Assembly (NCBI GenBank): GCA_965202805.1
Contig: OZ241869.1
Span: 1,632,001-1,696,000 of the forward strand
DNA: 64,000 bases
DNA from: Longimicrobiales bacterium
Lineage (GTDB): Bacteria > Gemmatimonadota > Gemmatimonadetes > Longimicrobiales > Gaopeijiaceae
Reading direction: 5' to 3'
A model generated the notes under the pieces. The model was not told the DNA's origin. It saw only the letters and a program-made list of their open reading frames with translations, and searched no databases. Below are positions 40,765 to 51,124 of this stretch, piece by piece (position 1 is the first letter of the stretch; each line of letters starts with the position of its first letter). Made by a program: the position numbers and the translations under genes.

Positions 40765-42234
40765 ATGCAGGAATCGACCTTCTTCCTGACGGTCCGCGAG
40801 CTGGCCGACCTGCTCGCCGACGGCTCCATCACCTCGGTCGAGCTGACCGAAGCCTACCTCGACCGCGCCGAGGAGCTGGACGTTCCTCCCTTCGAGCTGC
40901 CCAGCGAGCCGCGCACCGATCACAACGGCAAGCTGGCCACCATGGTCACGATCGCGCGCGACCACGCCCTCGAGGCCGCAGCGCGCGCGGACCAGGAGCT
41001 GGCGGCCGGCAATCGCCGGAGCATCCTGCACGGGATCCCCTACGGCGTGAAGGACCTGCTCGACACGCGCGGCATCCGCACCACCTGGGGCTCGGGCATC
41101 TTCCGCGACCGGGTTCCGGACCGCAATGCGGCGGTCATCGACATGCTCGAAGGCGCCGGCGCCGTGCTCATGGCGAAGAATTCGCTCGGGGAGTTCGCGG
41201 GCGGAAACACCAGTTCCGCGCTCAACCCGTGGAAGCTCGACCGCACCAGCTTCGGCTCCTCCAGCGGGACGGTCTCGGCCGCGGTGGCCGGCCTCATCGG
41301 CTTCGGCATCGGCACGGAGACGGGCGGTTCCATTGTATTTCCGGCCTCCGCGGTGGGCGCGTCGGGGCTGCGCCCCAGCTTCGGCCGCGTGAGCCGCTTC
41401 GGCTGCATGGCGCTCTCCTGGAGCCTGGACAAGATCGGTCCGGTCGGGCGCTCGGCGGAGGATTGCGGTCACATCCTGCAGTACATCGCCGGGCACGACC
41501 CCCGGGATCCCACCACGGTCGACCGCCCCTTCGTCTTCCGCGCGGATCCGGGCGCGATGCGCGGGCGGCGGCTGGGCGTGCATCGTCCCGAATTCCTGCT
41601 CTCGGGCTCAGAGAACACCCGGCGCGTCTTCCAGGAGGCCCTCGACGTCTTCGAGCAGATGGGCGTGGTGCTCGAGGATGTGGAATTGCCCCTCCGGCCC
41701 ACCGGGGCCCTCTTCACCACCATCGTCACCGTGGAGAGCGGCACCAACTTCCAGGCGCTCTTCGAGGACGGCAGCGCGGCCAACATGTTCTCGTTCAACG
41801 AGGACCGGCGCGCCAACTGGATGGCGGGGCGCATGATGCCCGCCGCCGACTATCTTACGGCCCAGCGCATCCGCAACCAGCTGGTGCGCGAAACCGACGA
41901 GATCCTCTCACGCTACGACGCGGTCATCGCCCCGACCTGGCCCAACGGCGCCGCCATGCGCGAGGTCAGCGAAGGCTGGCCCATCCCGGCGCGCAACGAG
42001 TGGGAGCCGCCCGACGACGTCAGCGTAGCCACCCCGCGCCTCAACTACATCGCCAACCTGGTCGGGCTTCCCGGGCTCGCCATCCCCTGCGGATTCGACG
42101 AGGACGGGCTGCCGCTGTCGCTACAGATCTGCGGCTCGTCGATGGACGACCAGGCCGTGCTGGACCTGGGGATGGGCTATCAGCGGGAGACGGACTGGCA
42201 CCTGCGGCGGCCGGAGTATCCCTGGAGGGAGTAG
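40765..42234 (+). CDS. Amidase signature family enzyme (GatA-like)
   Basis: LHGIPYGVKDL (Lys), GSSSG and GTETGGSI (Ser-cisSer-Lys triad); GLRPSFGRVSR. Confidence 0.92.
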   Translation: MQESTFFLTVRELADLLADGSITSVELTEAYLDRAEELDVPPFELPSEPRTDHNGKLATMVTIARDHALEAAARADQELAAGNRRSILHGIPYGVKDLLDTRGIRTTWGSGIFRDRVPDRNAAVIDMLEGAGAVLMAKNSLGEFAGGNTSSALNPWKLDRTSFGSSSGTVSAAVAGLIGFGIGTETGGSIVFPASAVGASGLRPSFGRVSRFGCMALSWSLDKIGPVGRSAEDCGHILQYIAGHDPRDPTTVDRPFVFRADPGAMRGRRLGVHRPEFLLSGSENTRRVFQEALDVFEQMGVVLEDVELPLRPTGALFTTIVTVESGTNFQALFEDGSAANMFSFNEDRRANWMAGRMMPAADYLTAQRIRNQLVRETDEILSRYDAVIAPTWPNGAAMREVSEGWPIPARNEWEPPDDVSVATPRLNYIANLVGLPGLAIPCGFDEDGLPLSLQICGSSMDDQAVLDLGMGYQRETDWHLRRPEYPWRE

Positions 42235-42238
42235 GGCT

Positions 42239-43249
42239 CTAGTTCCAGGACCGGCCCCGCATCCCCTCCACATCCAGGTTGCCGCCACTCAGCACACAGA
42301 CGGTACGGGTTCCCGAAGGCGCATCGACCAGCCCCTGGAGCAAAGCTCCGACCGGAGCGGCGGCGGCGCCCTCGACCACGACCTTGGCGCGGGTCATCAG
42401 CCACAGCATCGCGTCGAAGATCTGTGCGTCGGGCAGCGTCACGATCTCGTCGACGAAGCGCGACACCACCGAGCAAGTGTGGCTTCCGACCTTCTTGACG
42501 CGAAGTCCGTCGATGATGCAGTCGACCTCGTCCAGGACGATGCTCGCGCCCGCCTCGACGCTGCGCTTCATCCCCGGCGCTCCGGAAGACTCCACGCCGA
42601 CGATGCGGACCTCTGGATTGACGGACTTGGCCGCCATCGAGACGCCCGAGATGAGGCCGCCGCCGCCGATGGGCACGATCAGGAGTTCGGTTTCCGGGAA
42701 CTGATCCATGATCTCGAGGCCGAGGGTTCCCTGCCCTGCGATCAGCTCCGGGTCATCGAACGGGTGGATGTAGGTAAGCCCCTCGGATTCCACGAGTTCG
42801 AGCGCCTTCTCGTTGGCCTCGTCCCAGATGCTGCCGTGGAGGACGACGCGGGCCCCGTAGCCTTCGGTGGCCGCGATCTTGGAGCGGGTGGCGTTCTCGG
42901 CCATGACCACCACCGCGCGCACGCCGTACTGGCGCGCCGCGAGGGCCACGCCCTGGGAGTGGTTCCCCGCCGAGGAACAGATGACGCCGCGGGCGCGCTC
43001 CTCCTCGCTCAGCCTCGCGATCTTGTTCAGCGGCCCGCGCAGCTTGTAGGAGCCGCCGCGCTGGAAGAGCTCGGCCTTCAGGCGCACGTCGAATCCGGAC
43101 GCCTCGCTGAGCGACCGGTTCGTGAGCATGGGCGTGCGGTGGATGTAGGGAGCCACGTTCCTGTACGCGGCTTCGAAGTCGGCCCGGGCGAGCGTCAGCC
43201 CGGTACCGTTGACGGCACGCCCGTTCGCCGCGGTGTCCCCCTCCTTCAT
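42239..43249 (-). CDS. Threonine/serine dehydratase (catalytic domain only, serine-racemase-like)
   Basis: Motifs KAELFQRGGSYKLRG, SAGNH, HPFDD, PIGGGGL and LSGGN; no ACT domain. Confidence 0.92.
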   Translation of the reverse strand: MKEGDTAANGRAVNGTGLTLARADFEAAYRNVAPYIHRTPMLTNRSLSEASGFDVRLKAELFQRGGSYKLRGPLNKIARLSEEERARGVICSSAGNHSQGVALAARQYGVRAVVVMAENATRSKIAATEGYGARVVLHGSIWDEANEKALELVESEGLTYIHPFDDPELIAGQGTLGLEIMDQFPETELLIVPIGGGGLISGVSMAAKSVNPEVRIVGVESSGAPGMKRSVEAGASIVLDEVDCIIDGLRVKKVGSHTCSVVSRFVDEIVTLPDAQIFDAMLWLMTRAKVVVEGAAAAPVGALLQGLVDAPSGTRTVCVLSGGNLDVEGMRGRSWN

Positions 43250-43399
43250 GTTCCCGCCCGGCCGGGGAGGATGCCGGTACCGCTGAAAAGCGCATGATGC
43301 ATGGAACGACTCCGGCGTGTTGAGCCAGTGCTCGGTGGGCGGGACGGAAAGACCGCGGGGCGATGCGACATTGGCGTTGGGCCGTCCACAATAGGCAGG

Positions 43400-44335
43400 T
43401 CACCCGGCCAGCGCCAGCATCCCGATGCCCGCGAAGACGAGCACGGCTCCGACGGTGCGAATGCGCCCGAACCGCTCTCCCAGAAGGAGCCAGCCCGCCA
43501 GGGCCCCGAAGACGATGCCCACCTCGCGGGCGGCTCCGGCGTAGCTGATGGGAGCGATCTGGAAAGCCCGAAGAACAAGCGCGTAGGCCACGAGGGTCAT
43601 GACGGCGATCATCGCGATGGGACGGAAGTGCGTGCGCAGGACCCGAAACGCCCGCTTTCCGCCCCGGGTCGCCAGCATGCCCACGAACGCCAGTCCGGAA
43701 AGCCCGAACACGAGCACCAGGTAGGGCATCGGCTCCCATTGCCGAACCGCCGCGCCATCCAGCGTCGAGTACACGGAGATGAAGAACGCGACCAGGAAGG
43801 CGGATCCCGAGCCCCGCGTGTGGGCGCGCAGTTGGCGCCAGCGATGCCCGGCGGGCGCTCGGATGGAGGAATCGGTACCTGGGCGAACGTCTTCTGCCGC
43901 TCCCGCCGTCGCCCCGGCGACGCGCGACCAGAGGGGCGCCCCGCCGAGCACGACGAGCCCGCAGAGGATCGTCGCGATCCCGACCACGCCGCCCGGCGAT
44001 GGCCGCTCGCCCAGGAAGAGCACCGCCCACAGCGCGAGCATCGCGGGGGCCGTCCCGCGCGCGACCGGGTAGACCAGCGAGAAGTCGCCGTCTCCGTACG
44101 CCCGCGCCAGGCACCCGTAGTACGCCACGTACACGACCGCGCTCGCGCCCACGAAGGGCCATACCCCCGCGGGAGGCGGCCACGCCGGCACCAGGGTCGG
44201 GATGAAGACGACCGCGCCGAGCAGCATCGCCCACGCCGCAACCAGAACCCGCTCGCTGGAGCGCTTGAGGATCAGGTTCCAGGAGGCGTGCAGGAGTCCT
44301 GCCGCCAGGACGAGGGCAAGGGCGGTTGGAGGCAT
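43400..44335 (-). CDS. EamA/DMT family transporter
   Basis: Motifs LLHASWN, AYGDGDFSLVYPVARG, ARE..IVFG and LLGER. Confidence 0.88.
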   Translation of the reverse strand: MPPTALALVLAAGLLHASWNLILKRSSERVLVAAWAMLLGAVVFIPTLVPAWPPPAGVWPFVGASAVVYVAYYGCLARAYGDGDFSLVYPVARGTAPAMLALWAVLFLGERPSPGGVVGIATILCGLVVLGGAPLWSRVAGATAGAAEDVRPGTDSSIRAPAGHRWRQLRAHTRGSGSAFLVAFFISVYSTLDGAAVRQWEPMPYLVLVFGLSGLAFVGMLATRGGKRAFRVLRTHFRPIAMIAVMTLVAYALVLRAFQIAPISYAGAAREVGIVFGALAGWLLLGERFGRIRTVGAVLVFAGIGMLALAG

Positions 44336-44373
44336 GCCGTCGGCTCAGCCCGGATTCCTCCCGGCGGGCGGCT

Positions 44374-45915
44374 CTATTGCGTCGCGGGCGCAGGCCGACC
44401 GGAGGTCCGCAGGATGAAGTCGTCCAGGGTCTCCTTCCACTGCTGCAGCAGCGACTGCTCCACGTACATCATGTGGCCCGCGGCAAAGTCGGCGCGCTCG
44501 ATGTTGGCCCGCAGCTCCGGCGGCAGCCCCATGCGGTCCATGGTCCAGACGGCGGCGAAGTAGGGGGTCGCGAGATCGTAGATGCCGTTGATGAGGAGGA
44601 CCTTGAGGCTGGGATTGCGCTTCATGGCGGTGGCCAGATCGGGCGCGACGTTGGGCGTGCCTCCGCCCCGGACGAAGGAACCGCCGCCGCCCAGCCGTCC
44701 CCAATTCCAATTTCGCGTCCCGCCGCTGGGCACGTATTCGCGCTCGCCATCGTAGCCGAGCTCATCCCGCAGATAGCTGTTGAAGGCCGACGTGTACGCG
44801 GAGCTGATCGCGGTGGATTGCGGGTCGTGGGAGGGACGCACGCCGAGCGCGTCGCCGGCCGGGCCGGTGAATCGTGCATCCAGCCGCCCCACGATGCGGC
44901 CCTGGTCGCGCAGCAGTTCCGCCTCGTATGCGGGCGCGGTCACGCGCAGATCGGACTTGTCGATGAAGTCGCGGCTCAGGCCCGTGTAGCGGTGCATCCG
45001 GTCGATGACGCGGGCGCGGCGGGTCTCGTCCAGGGTCCCGCCCGCCAGCAGCGCGGTGGCGTACTCGGTGAGCGCCCATTCCTCCACCTCGGACATGAAG
45101 GCCTCCAGGTCGGGCGGAGTCTCGCCGGGAAGGGCGTCCAGATAGCGGGATGTGATGGCATAGGACGGGAGGTTGACGATGTAGGGCAGGTCATCGCCGG
45201 GAGCGAACTGGATGGTGTTGAACTGGAGCACCGAGGAGACCAGCATGATCCCGTTCAGATCGATGTTGGCGCGCTGCAGATGCCCCGCGAGCACGGCCGA
45301 GCGCGTGGTCCCGTAACTCTCGCCGAGGAGATAGCGGGGCGAGTTCCAGCGCTCATACTCGCTCAGGAAGCGGCGGACGAACTGCGCCAGCGAGCGCGCA
45401 TCCTCGTCGATGCCCCAGTAGTAGGACCCGGGCGTGTCGCCCAGCATGTGGCTGAACCCGGTCCCGATCGGATCGACCATGACGATGTCGGCGATGTCCA
45501 GGATCGTGTAGGCGTTGTCCTCCAGCGGATAGGGCGGCGCCCCCTGCGGGCCCACCTCGGGCGTGACCACGCGGCGCGGTCCCATGATCCCCATGTGCAG
45601 CCAGAAGGACGCCGACCCCGGTCCACCGTTGTAGGCGAAGACCAGGGGCCGTTCGCCTGACGGCGCGCCGTTGCGGCGGAAGTAGGCGGTGTAGAAAAGC
45701 TCGGCGGACGGTTCTCCGCTGTCGTCGGTCAGGGTCGTGCTCCCCACGACGGCGTCGTACTGAACCGTCTCGCCTCCGACCACGATCGAATGGCCGGTCT
45801 CCCAGCGGGAGGGCTCGGGACCAGGGCCGGAACTCTCGTTCTCCTGGGCCGCAGCCGACGGCGCGAGGAGCAGAATAAGGCACAGCGGCCACGCCAACAC
45901 GAATGGGTTTCTCAT
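44374..45915 (-). CDS. S10 family serine carboxypeptidase, secreted
   Basis: Motifs NGGPGSAS, DPIGTGFS, GESYG, GIYDLATP and GHMMY; signal peptide from ATG 45915. Confidence 0.92.
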   Translation of the reverse strand: MRNPFVLAWPLCLILLLAPSAAAQENESSGPGPEPSRWETGHSIVVGGETVQYDAVVGSTTLTDDSGEPSAELFYTAYFRRNGAPSGERPLVFAYNGGPGSASFWLHMGIMGPRRVVTPEVGPQGAPPYPLEDNAYTILDIADIVMVDPIGTGFSHMLGDTPGSYYWGIDEDARSLAQFVRRFLSEYERWNSPRYLLGESYGTTRSAVLAGHLQRANIDLNGIMLVSSVLQFNTIQFAPGDDLPYIVNLPSYAITSRYLDALPGETPPDLEAFMSEVEEWALTEYATALLAGGTLDETRRARVIDRMHRYTGLSRDFIDKSDLRVTAPAYEAELLRDQGRIVGRLDARFTGPAGDALGVRPSHDPQSTAISSAYTSAFNSYLRDELGYDGEREYVPSGGTRNWNWGRLGGGGSFVRGGGTPNVAPDLATAMKRNPSLKVLLINGIYDLATPYFAAVWTMDRMGLPPELRANIERADFAAGHMMYVEQSLLQQWKETLDDFILRTSGRPAPATQ

Positions 45916-46065
45916 GATGCCTCTCGTCAGGGGTGTCAGGGCTCGAGGGTGTGTCCTCTCGGGACTGGCTTTCCGTCTAATCTGCGGGGTGCGACGGGCT
46001 TGCCAAGTGCACGGTGATACCGTACACTCGTCGATGACAAGCGGCAGAGATCGCGCGGAGAGCAA

Positions 46066-46212
46066 TTGACGGACGATGATCGCACGATGATGGTCAGGTA
46101 CAGGGAGTGGGCACGTCAGCCCAAGGTGATCGTTACGGTGATCGCCGTCATGAGTATGTTGTTCATAGGCTACGGCTACATCGATAGCCTGGATTTGGAG
46201 GACTACCACTAA
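46066..46212 (+). pseudogene. HigB toxin C-terminal remnant at the end of a 48-aa hydrophobic ORF
   Basis: Not in the ORF track. TTG at 46066 with GGAG SD; MTDDDRTMMVRYREWARQPKVIVTVIAVMSMLFIGYGYIDSLDLEDYH*. The LEDYH* end is typical of HigB killer proteins. TAA overlaps the higA ATG. Confidence 0.6.
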
Positions 46213-46517
46213 TGGACTTCAAGGGCGTACGCGTAAACATGACTCCGTCCCATCCGGGCGACTTTATTCGCACAGAAGTCATCGAGGACCTGGGGCTGAG
46301 CGTCACTCGGGCAGCTCAGATCCTCGGGGTACGGAGAGCGACGCTCTCTGACTTGCTCAACGGTCACGCATCGCTATCGCCCGAGATGGCGCTGCGCATC
46401 GAGAAGGCCTTTCAGGTGAGCATGGATTTGCTGCTCAGGATGCAAGCCTGGTACGATGCCGCCCGAATGCGCGCCCGGGAAGACGAGATCAACGTTCAGC
46501 GCTACGAGCCGGTCTGA
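46212..46517 (+). CDS. higA: HigA family addiction-module antitoxin (XRE HTH)
   Basis: HPGDFIR, LSVTRAA..LGV.RATLS.LLNG, LSPEMALRIEKAF, MQ..YD. Confidence 0.92.
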   Translation: MDFKGVRVNMTPSHPGDFIRTEVIEDLGLSVTRAAQILGVRRATLSDLLNGHASLSPEMALRIEKAFQVSMDLLLRMQAWYDAARMRAREDEINVQRYEPV

Positions 46518-46566
46518 GGGAAACTTCAGCCGCGCCTTCCTGGCCGAGATTGTTGCTTCTCAGATA

Positions 46567-48006
46567 CTATGAACTATGCCGGTCAGATGTGCGGAATATC
46601 GTTTCCTCGAGAAACGGGTTGCGAAACACGCCCCCTGGGTCCAATCCCTCGCAAGCCGCTCTGAATTCCCGGATACCGGGATAACTGCGCTCGACCTCTC
46701 CCGAATTCAGCGGGAACCACTTCCCCCAGTGTAGGCGGGCATTGAAGAGGGGCGCCATGGTGGTTGCGAAGAAACGGGCGACGTTCAGGAAGGGCAGCCG
46801 TGGCTCGGTGAAGGTGATGAGGCTGATCGCATACCAGTCCTGCTCCTCCATACTGTGGCAGGATGCCATCGAAATCAGCGTATCGTCGGGACGGACCCGC
46901 CGGACGCAGATGGGATAGTGGTGACTGTAGGAACCCCGCACCCTCTCGAAGGAATCCCGCATTCCCAAGGCCCGGATCCGGTCGTCTACGCCAGCCGATA
47001 CCTCGTAATCGGCGCTGTCGGCCGCGCGCAGAACTTCCGACACGAAGTCGAGCGCCGACCTGAACTCCGCCCGCGGCACGAAGACCTCCATCTCCAGATG
47101 ACGGAAGAGGTCGTGGCGCATGAGGAGCTGACGGTCGCTGCGGTCGGTGACGCGCCATTTCGGGAAGATGCAGGCGGGGAGAAGACGCCGATAGAGGACG
47201 GCCACCAGGCGCCGGCTCCGCAGCAGGGAGGCGGTGAGCTTGATTCCGAGATGAAGCAGGACGTCGATGACGACCAGCCAGTACGCCCGGTAGAGCATCG
47301 CGACGCCCGACCGGCAGCTGTCATCCGCTACGCTCCGCTCGTGCTCCAGATACGCCCATGTGTGCGGGACGAGATAGAACTGCTGCAGGGGCGCGGCCGA
47401 CTCGTTGTCCAGGACCGCGTCCAGATCGGGGCGCCAGACGCATCGCTCACGAACGTAGTATTGCGGCACGCACTTGAGCGTGACCTCAAGGACTACCCCG
47501 AGGGCCCCGACGGAGCATCGCGCCGCCCGCAGGGCCTGGCCGGAATCGACCCTGCGCACTTCCGCCCCCCCTTCCTTCCCGTAACAGGCGATGCGCATGG
47601 ATTCCACGTAATGGGACATAGAGTGCCGTCCCGATCCGTGCGTACCCGTGGCGACCGCGCCTGCCACGGTCTGGCGGGCGATCAGGCCGAGGGACGGGAG
47701 GGTGAGGCCGCGGCGCGCGAGATGCGCCAGGAGCTCGGCGATGCGGCATCCTCCGCCCACGGAGACCCGGCGGCGGTCGGGGTGAATCCGGATTCGCCGA
47801 AAGTGGCGCAGGTCCAGGAGCGCATCGGAGGTCTCGATGCCGCCGTTCCAGGAATGGCCCGCGCCGATGACACGCACCATCCCGGTCCGGTGCTCGTCCA
47901 GGATGCGCAACACATCACTCTCGTCCCTGGGCAAGTGCCGCCTGCGCGGCTCGAAACAAATGTTCCTACCGAAGTTCCATACGTGTGACGCGCCTCTCGG
48001 CCGCAC
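46567..48006 (-). CDS. FAD-linked oxidase, arabinono-/gulono-lactone oxidase (ALO) family
   Basis: Motifs GAGHSW, QTVAGAVATGTHGSG, EME, RLHWGK and LDPGGVFRN. Confidence 0.85.
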   Translation of the reverse strand: MRPRGASHVWNFGRNICFEPRRRHLPRDESDVLRILDEHRTGMVRVIGAGHSWNGGIETSDALLDLRHFRRIRIHPDRRRVSVGGGCRIAELLAHLARRGLTLPSLGLIARQTVAGAVATGTHGSGRHSMSHYVESMRIACYGKEGGAEVRRVDSGQALRAARCSVGALGVVLEVTLKCVPQYYVRERCVWRPDLDAVLDNESAAPLQQFYLVPHTWAYLEHERSVADDSCRSGVAMLYRAYWLVVIDVLLHLGIKLTASLLRSRRLVAVLYRRLLPACIFPKWRVTDRSDRQLLMRHDLFRHLEMEVFVPRAEFRSALDFVSEVLRAADSADYEVSAGVDDRIRALGMRDSFERVRGSYSHHYPICVRRVRPDDTLISMASCHSMEEQDWYAISLITFTEPRLPFLNVARFFATTMAPLFNARLHWGKWFPLNSGEVERSYPGIREFRAACEGLDPGGVFRNPFLEETIFRTSDRHSS

Positions 48007-48008
48007 GG

Positions 48009-48806
48009 CTACGACCGCCCGGGCCTTCTCGGCAGCGATGACAGGAGCGCTCGCGTATACGGGTGTTCCGGTTCGCGGAAGAGCGCGTCCGTCATCGCCA
48101 TCTCGACGATCTTTCCTTCATTCATGACCGCAACCCGATCGCACAGGTGCTTGACCATCCTCAGATCGTGCGAGATGAAGATATAGGTCAGCCCGAACTC
48201 TTCCTGAATATCGGCGAGAAGGTTGACGATCTGCGCCTGGATGGAGATGTCGAGCGACGAAATGGGCTCGTCGCAAACGATCAGATCCGGCTTCAGGGCG
48301 AGGGCGCGCGCGATGCCGACGCGCTGGCGCTGACCGCCCGAGAACTCGTGCGGCAGGCGTCGGGCGAGCTTCGGATCCAGCCCGACGATGCTCATGAGTT
48401 CCGCCACCCGTTCCTGTCGCGGCCCCCGGCTCAAGCTCGTGTGCTCAAGCAGGGGCTCGGCGATGGAGCGGCCGACGCTCAGGCGAGGATTCAGCGACGA
48501 ATGGGTGTCCTGGAAGATCATCTGCATGCGCGGACGGAGTGCGCGCAGTTCCGTCGAGGATGCAGCCGTGAGATCGACGCCGTCGAAAACGATGCGCCCC
48601 GACGTGGGCTCGGTTAGCCGGAGGATGCTGCGGGCGACGGTGGTCTTGCCGCAGCCGCTCTCCCCCACCAGGCCGAGCGTCTCGCCGCGATGCAGCCGGA
48701 AGCTGACGCCGTCGACCGCGCGCACCGACCCGGTCTGACGCTGCATCATTCCACGACGCACGGGAAAGTGCTTCTTCAGGCCGATGACCTGGAGGAGGGG
48801 AGTCAT
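48009..48806 (-). CDS. Oligopeptide/dipeptide ABC transporter ATP-binding protein (OppF-like)
   Basis: Motifs [25 protein letters not shown] and HPYT. Confidence 0.92.
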   Translation of the reverse strand: MTPLLQVIGLKKHFPVRRGMMQRQTGSVRAVDGVSFRLHRGETLGLVGESGCGKTTVARSILRLTEPTSGRIVFDGVDLTAASSTELRALRPRMQMIFQDTHSSLNPRLSVGRSIAEPLLEHTSLSRGPRQERVAELMSIVGLDPKLARRLPHEFSGGQRQRVGIARALALKPDLIVCDEPISSLDISIQAQIVNLLADIQEEFGLTYIFISHDLRMVKHLCDRVAVMNEGKIVEMAMTDALFREPEHPYTRALLSSLPRRPGRS

Positions 48807-49864
48807 CTGGCCCACCAACAGGCAGCGCGCGCCCCCTTCCCTGCCGATAACGCCGTTTGTGCGCCCGAACGCGTCCGCGGCTCGCCCGAAGGTGCCCTCT
48901 TCCCTGCCGGCAGCAGTGGAGGTCTCTCCCGACGGCAGCGGTCGAAGACGTGCGGACACCGCTCCGCGAACGCGCACCCCTTGGGAAGCCGCGTCATGTC
49001 CGGTGGCTGACCCGGAATCGCAGTCAGGCGCCCCCGGCCGCCGGCGCCGAGCGCGGGCAGGGAGGCCAGCAGGCCCTGGGTGTAGGGATGAGCCGGCGCG
49101 TCGAACAGGCGGCGGGCCCCGGCCGTCTCGACGATGGACCCTCCGTACATCACCGCGACCCGGTCGGCCAGGTTTGCCACCACGCTCAAGTCGTGGGTGA
49201 TCCAGATCATCGCCATCTCGCGCGTCGCCCGCAGCTCGGAGACCAGGTCCAGGATCTGCGCCTGGATGGTGGCGTCCAGCGCGGTGGTCGGTTCGTCGGC
49301 GATGAGGAGGCTGGGCTCGCACGCCAGCGCGATGGCGATCATGACCCGCTGGCACATGCCGCCCGAGAACTGATGCGGATAGTCGTCGAATCGGGAGGCC
49401 GGCCGCGGGATGCCTACCGACCCGAGCAGTGCGATCGCGCGGTCGCGGGCGGCGCGCCGGCCCAGTCGGAGGTGCACCTCCAGACTCTCGGTCAGCTGCC
49501 GGCCGATGGTGAGCACGGGATTGAGGGATGCGCGCGGATCCTGAAAGATCATCCCGATCTCGGGTCCGCGCACACGTCTCATTTCTTCATCGTCGAGCCC
49601 CAGCAGGTCCCGGCCCTTGAAGCTCACCTCGTCGGCCCGGACGCGGGTGCGGTGTGGCGGAAGCAGGCGCAGCACGGAGAGCATGGTGGCGGTCTTGCCG
49701 CACCCGCTCTCGCCCACCAGGGCAAGGGTCTCGCCCCGGCGGACGGAGAAGCTCACGCCGTTGACCGCGTGCACGAGGCCCTGGTCGGAGAGGAACTGCG
49801 TGTGCAGGCCATGGACTCTGAGCAGATCGCCGCGTGATGGGTCCTCCGAGCGGTCGGGAATCAC
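48803..49864 (-). CDS. Oligopeptide/dipeptide ABC transporter ATP-binding protein (OppD-like)
   Basis: Motifs [29 protein letters not shown] and a Cys-rich tail GCAFAERC. Confidence 0.92.
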   Translation of the reverse strand: MIPDRSEDPSRGDLLRVHGLHTQFLSDQGLVHAVNGVSFSVRRGETLALVGESGCGKTATMLSVLRLLPPHRTRVRADEVSFKGRDLLGLDDEEMRRVRGPEIGMIFQDPRASLNPVLTIGRQLTESLEVHLRLGRRAARDRAIALLGSVGIPRPASRFDDYPHQFSGGMCQRVMIAIALACEPSLLIADEPTTALDATIQAQILDLVSELRATREMAMIWITHDLSVVANLADRVAVMYGGSIVETAGARRLFDAPAHPYTQGLLASLPALGAGGRGRLTAIPGQPPDMTRLPKGCAFAERCPHVFDRCRRERPPLLPAGKRAPSGEPRTRSGAQTALSAGKGARAACWWAR

Positions 49865-51075
49865 AGGTGACCTGCAGCCGCATCGGAGTGCCCGACCTCT
49901 TCGGCGATCTGTCGCCGGGGAGAGCCCGGATTGGCATCAGAGCGCCCCTCGCCCGTGTGGGTGTCGACGGCCGGCGCGGACACGCGGTACCGCTCCTCCA
50001 CCTCGCGCAACGCGACCCATTCCCCGCTCTCCATCGACGCGATGCAGGCGTGAACCACGAGCAGCGTCTTCAGATGATCGCGGGCGGTGGTCACGGGCTC
50101 GGCTTCGCCGCGAACGGCGCACAGGAACTCGGCCAGCAGCCCGCGCGTGTCGTCGATGAACGCCTCGCACGGTGTGAGCGTCTCCGGGACCGGCGTCTCC
50201 GCTTCCGCGTCTCCCTTGAAGTTGCTGCCGCGGAGTCCCAGGCCGCGATCGAAATCGACGCGCACCAGATCCTCGAACTGCTCGCGCTGAATCAGTGCCC
50301 CGCCTTCGAATTCGGTGCGCCAGCGGAAGTCCATGCGATTCCAGGCCGCAGTCCAGGTTCCCAGATAGTTCGCGCGAACTCCGTTCTCGAAGCGGAAGAG
50401 CACGGAGACGCAGCAGTCGTCCTCATAGGTGCTCCACGATGGCCGCCAGGTATCGCACACCAGCGAATCGACCTCCGCGTCGTAGCAGTAGCGCAGCAGG
50501 TCGAAGTGATGGATGCTCTGCTCCAGCAGCATCGGATGAGGCATCGTCATCACGTAGTCGTTCAGGTCGTGGCGGTTGCCGTCCCGCTGCCGATGGTAGG
50601 TGAAGTGGCCGTAGCTGAGGGGGCCGAGTTCGTCGCTCCGGGCATAGTGTCGAATCCGCTGTGACGTCGGGAGATAGCGGAAATTCATCCCGACCAGGAG
50701 ATGGCGTCCCGCGTCGTCGGCCCTGGCGATGAGGTCCAGAACTTCGTCCATCTCGTCGGAAAGCGGCTTTTCGCAGAGGACGTCGAGGCCTCGGTCGAAT
50801 GCCTGGCTCACCAGGGAATGATGGCTGTCCGGCGGGGTGGCGATGACCACGGCGTCGGCGGCGACGTGGGCGAGGGCCGAGGCGAACTCGCGTTCAACCG
50901 GGGCGTCCGGTGCGTGCCCGTCCCGGGCTTGTCGCGCACGTCCCTCGTCAAGATCCACGATGCCGGCCAGCATCGCGTCCGGGGCCTCGGCGATGACGCG
51001 CGCCCATTTGGCGCCGCGGACGCCCGCTCCTGCGAGGAGGATGCGCGCTTTGTCGCTGCCCGTTCGACCGTTCAT
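49861..51075 (-). CDS. Gfo/Idh/MocA family oxidoreductase
   Basis: Motifs GAGVRG, IATPP..H, CEKP, NFRY and EQSIHHFD. Confidence 0.9.
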   Translation of the reverse strand: MNGRTGSDKARILLAGAGVRGAKWARVIAEAPDAMLAGIVDLDEGRARQARDGHAPDAPVEREFASALAHVAADAVVIATPPDSHHSLVSQAFDRGLDVLCEKPLSDEMDEVLDLIARADDAGRHLLVGMNFRYLPTSQRIRHYARSDELGPLSYGHFTYHRQRDGNRHDLNDYVMTMPHPMLLEQSIHHFDLLRYCYDAEVDSLVCDTWRPSWSTYEDDCCVSVLFRFENGVRANYLGTWTAAWNRMDFRWRTEFEGGALIQREQFEDLVRVDFDRGLGLRGSNFKGDAEAETPVPETLTPCEAFIDDTRGLLAEFLCAVRGEAEPVTTARDHLKTLLVVHACIASMESGEWVALREVEERYRVSAPAVDTHTGEGRSDANPGSPRRQIAEEVGHSDAAAGHL

Positions 51076-51124
51076 GGCGCCCCATCTCGCAGGTAGCAGC
51101 TCTGCTGCTGGAGCGGGCCCGACT

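Noticed and set aside
40765..42234. gatCA of Glu-tRNA amidotransferase
   Set aside because: No gatB, the small gene has a Tat signal, and the motif is GTETGGS rather than the typical GatA GSDTGGS.
48836..48909. Direct repeat CTTCCCTGCCG 63 bp apart in the OppD tail
   Set aside because: A small in-frame loop insertion with no sign of function.
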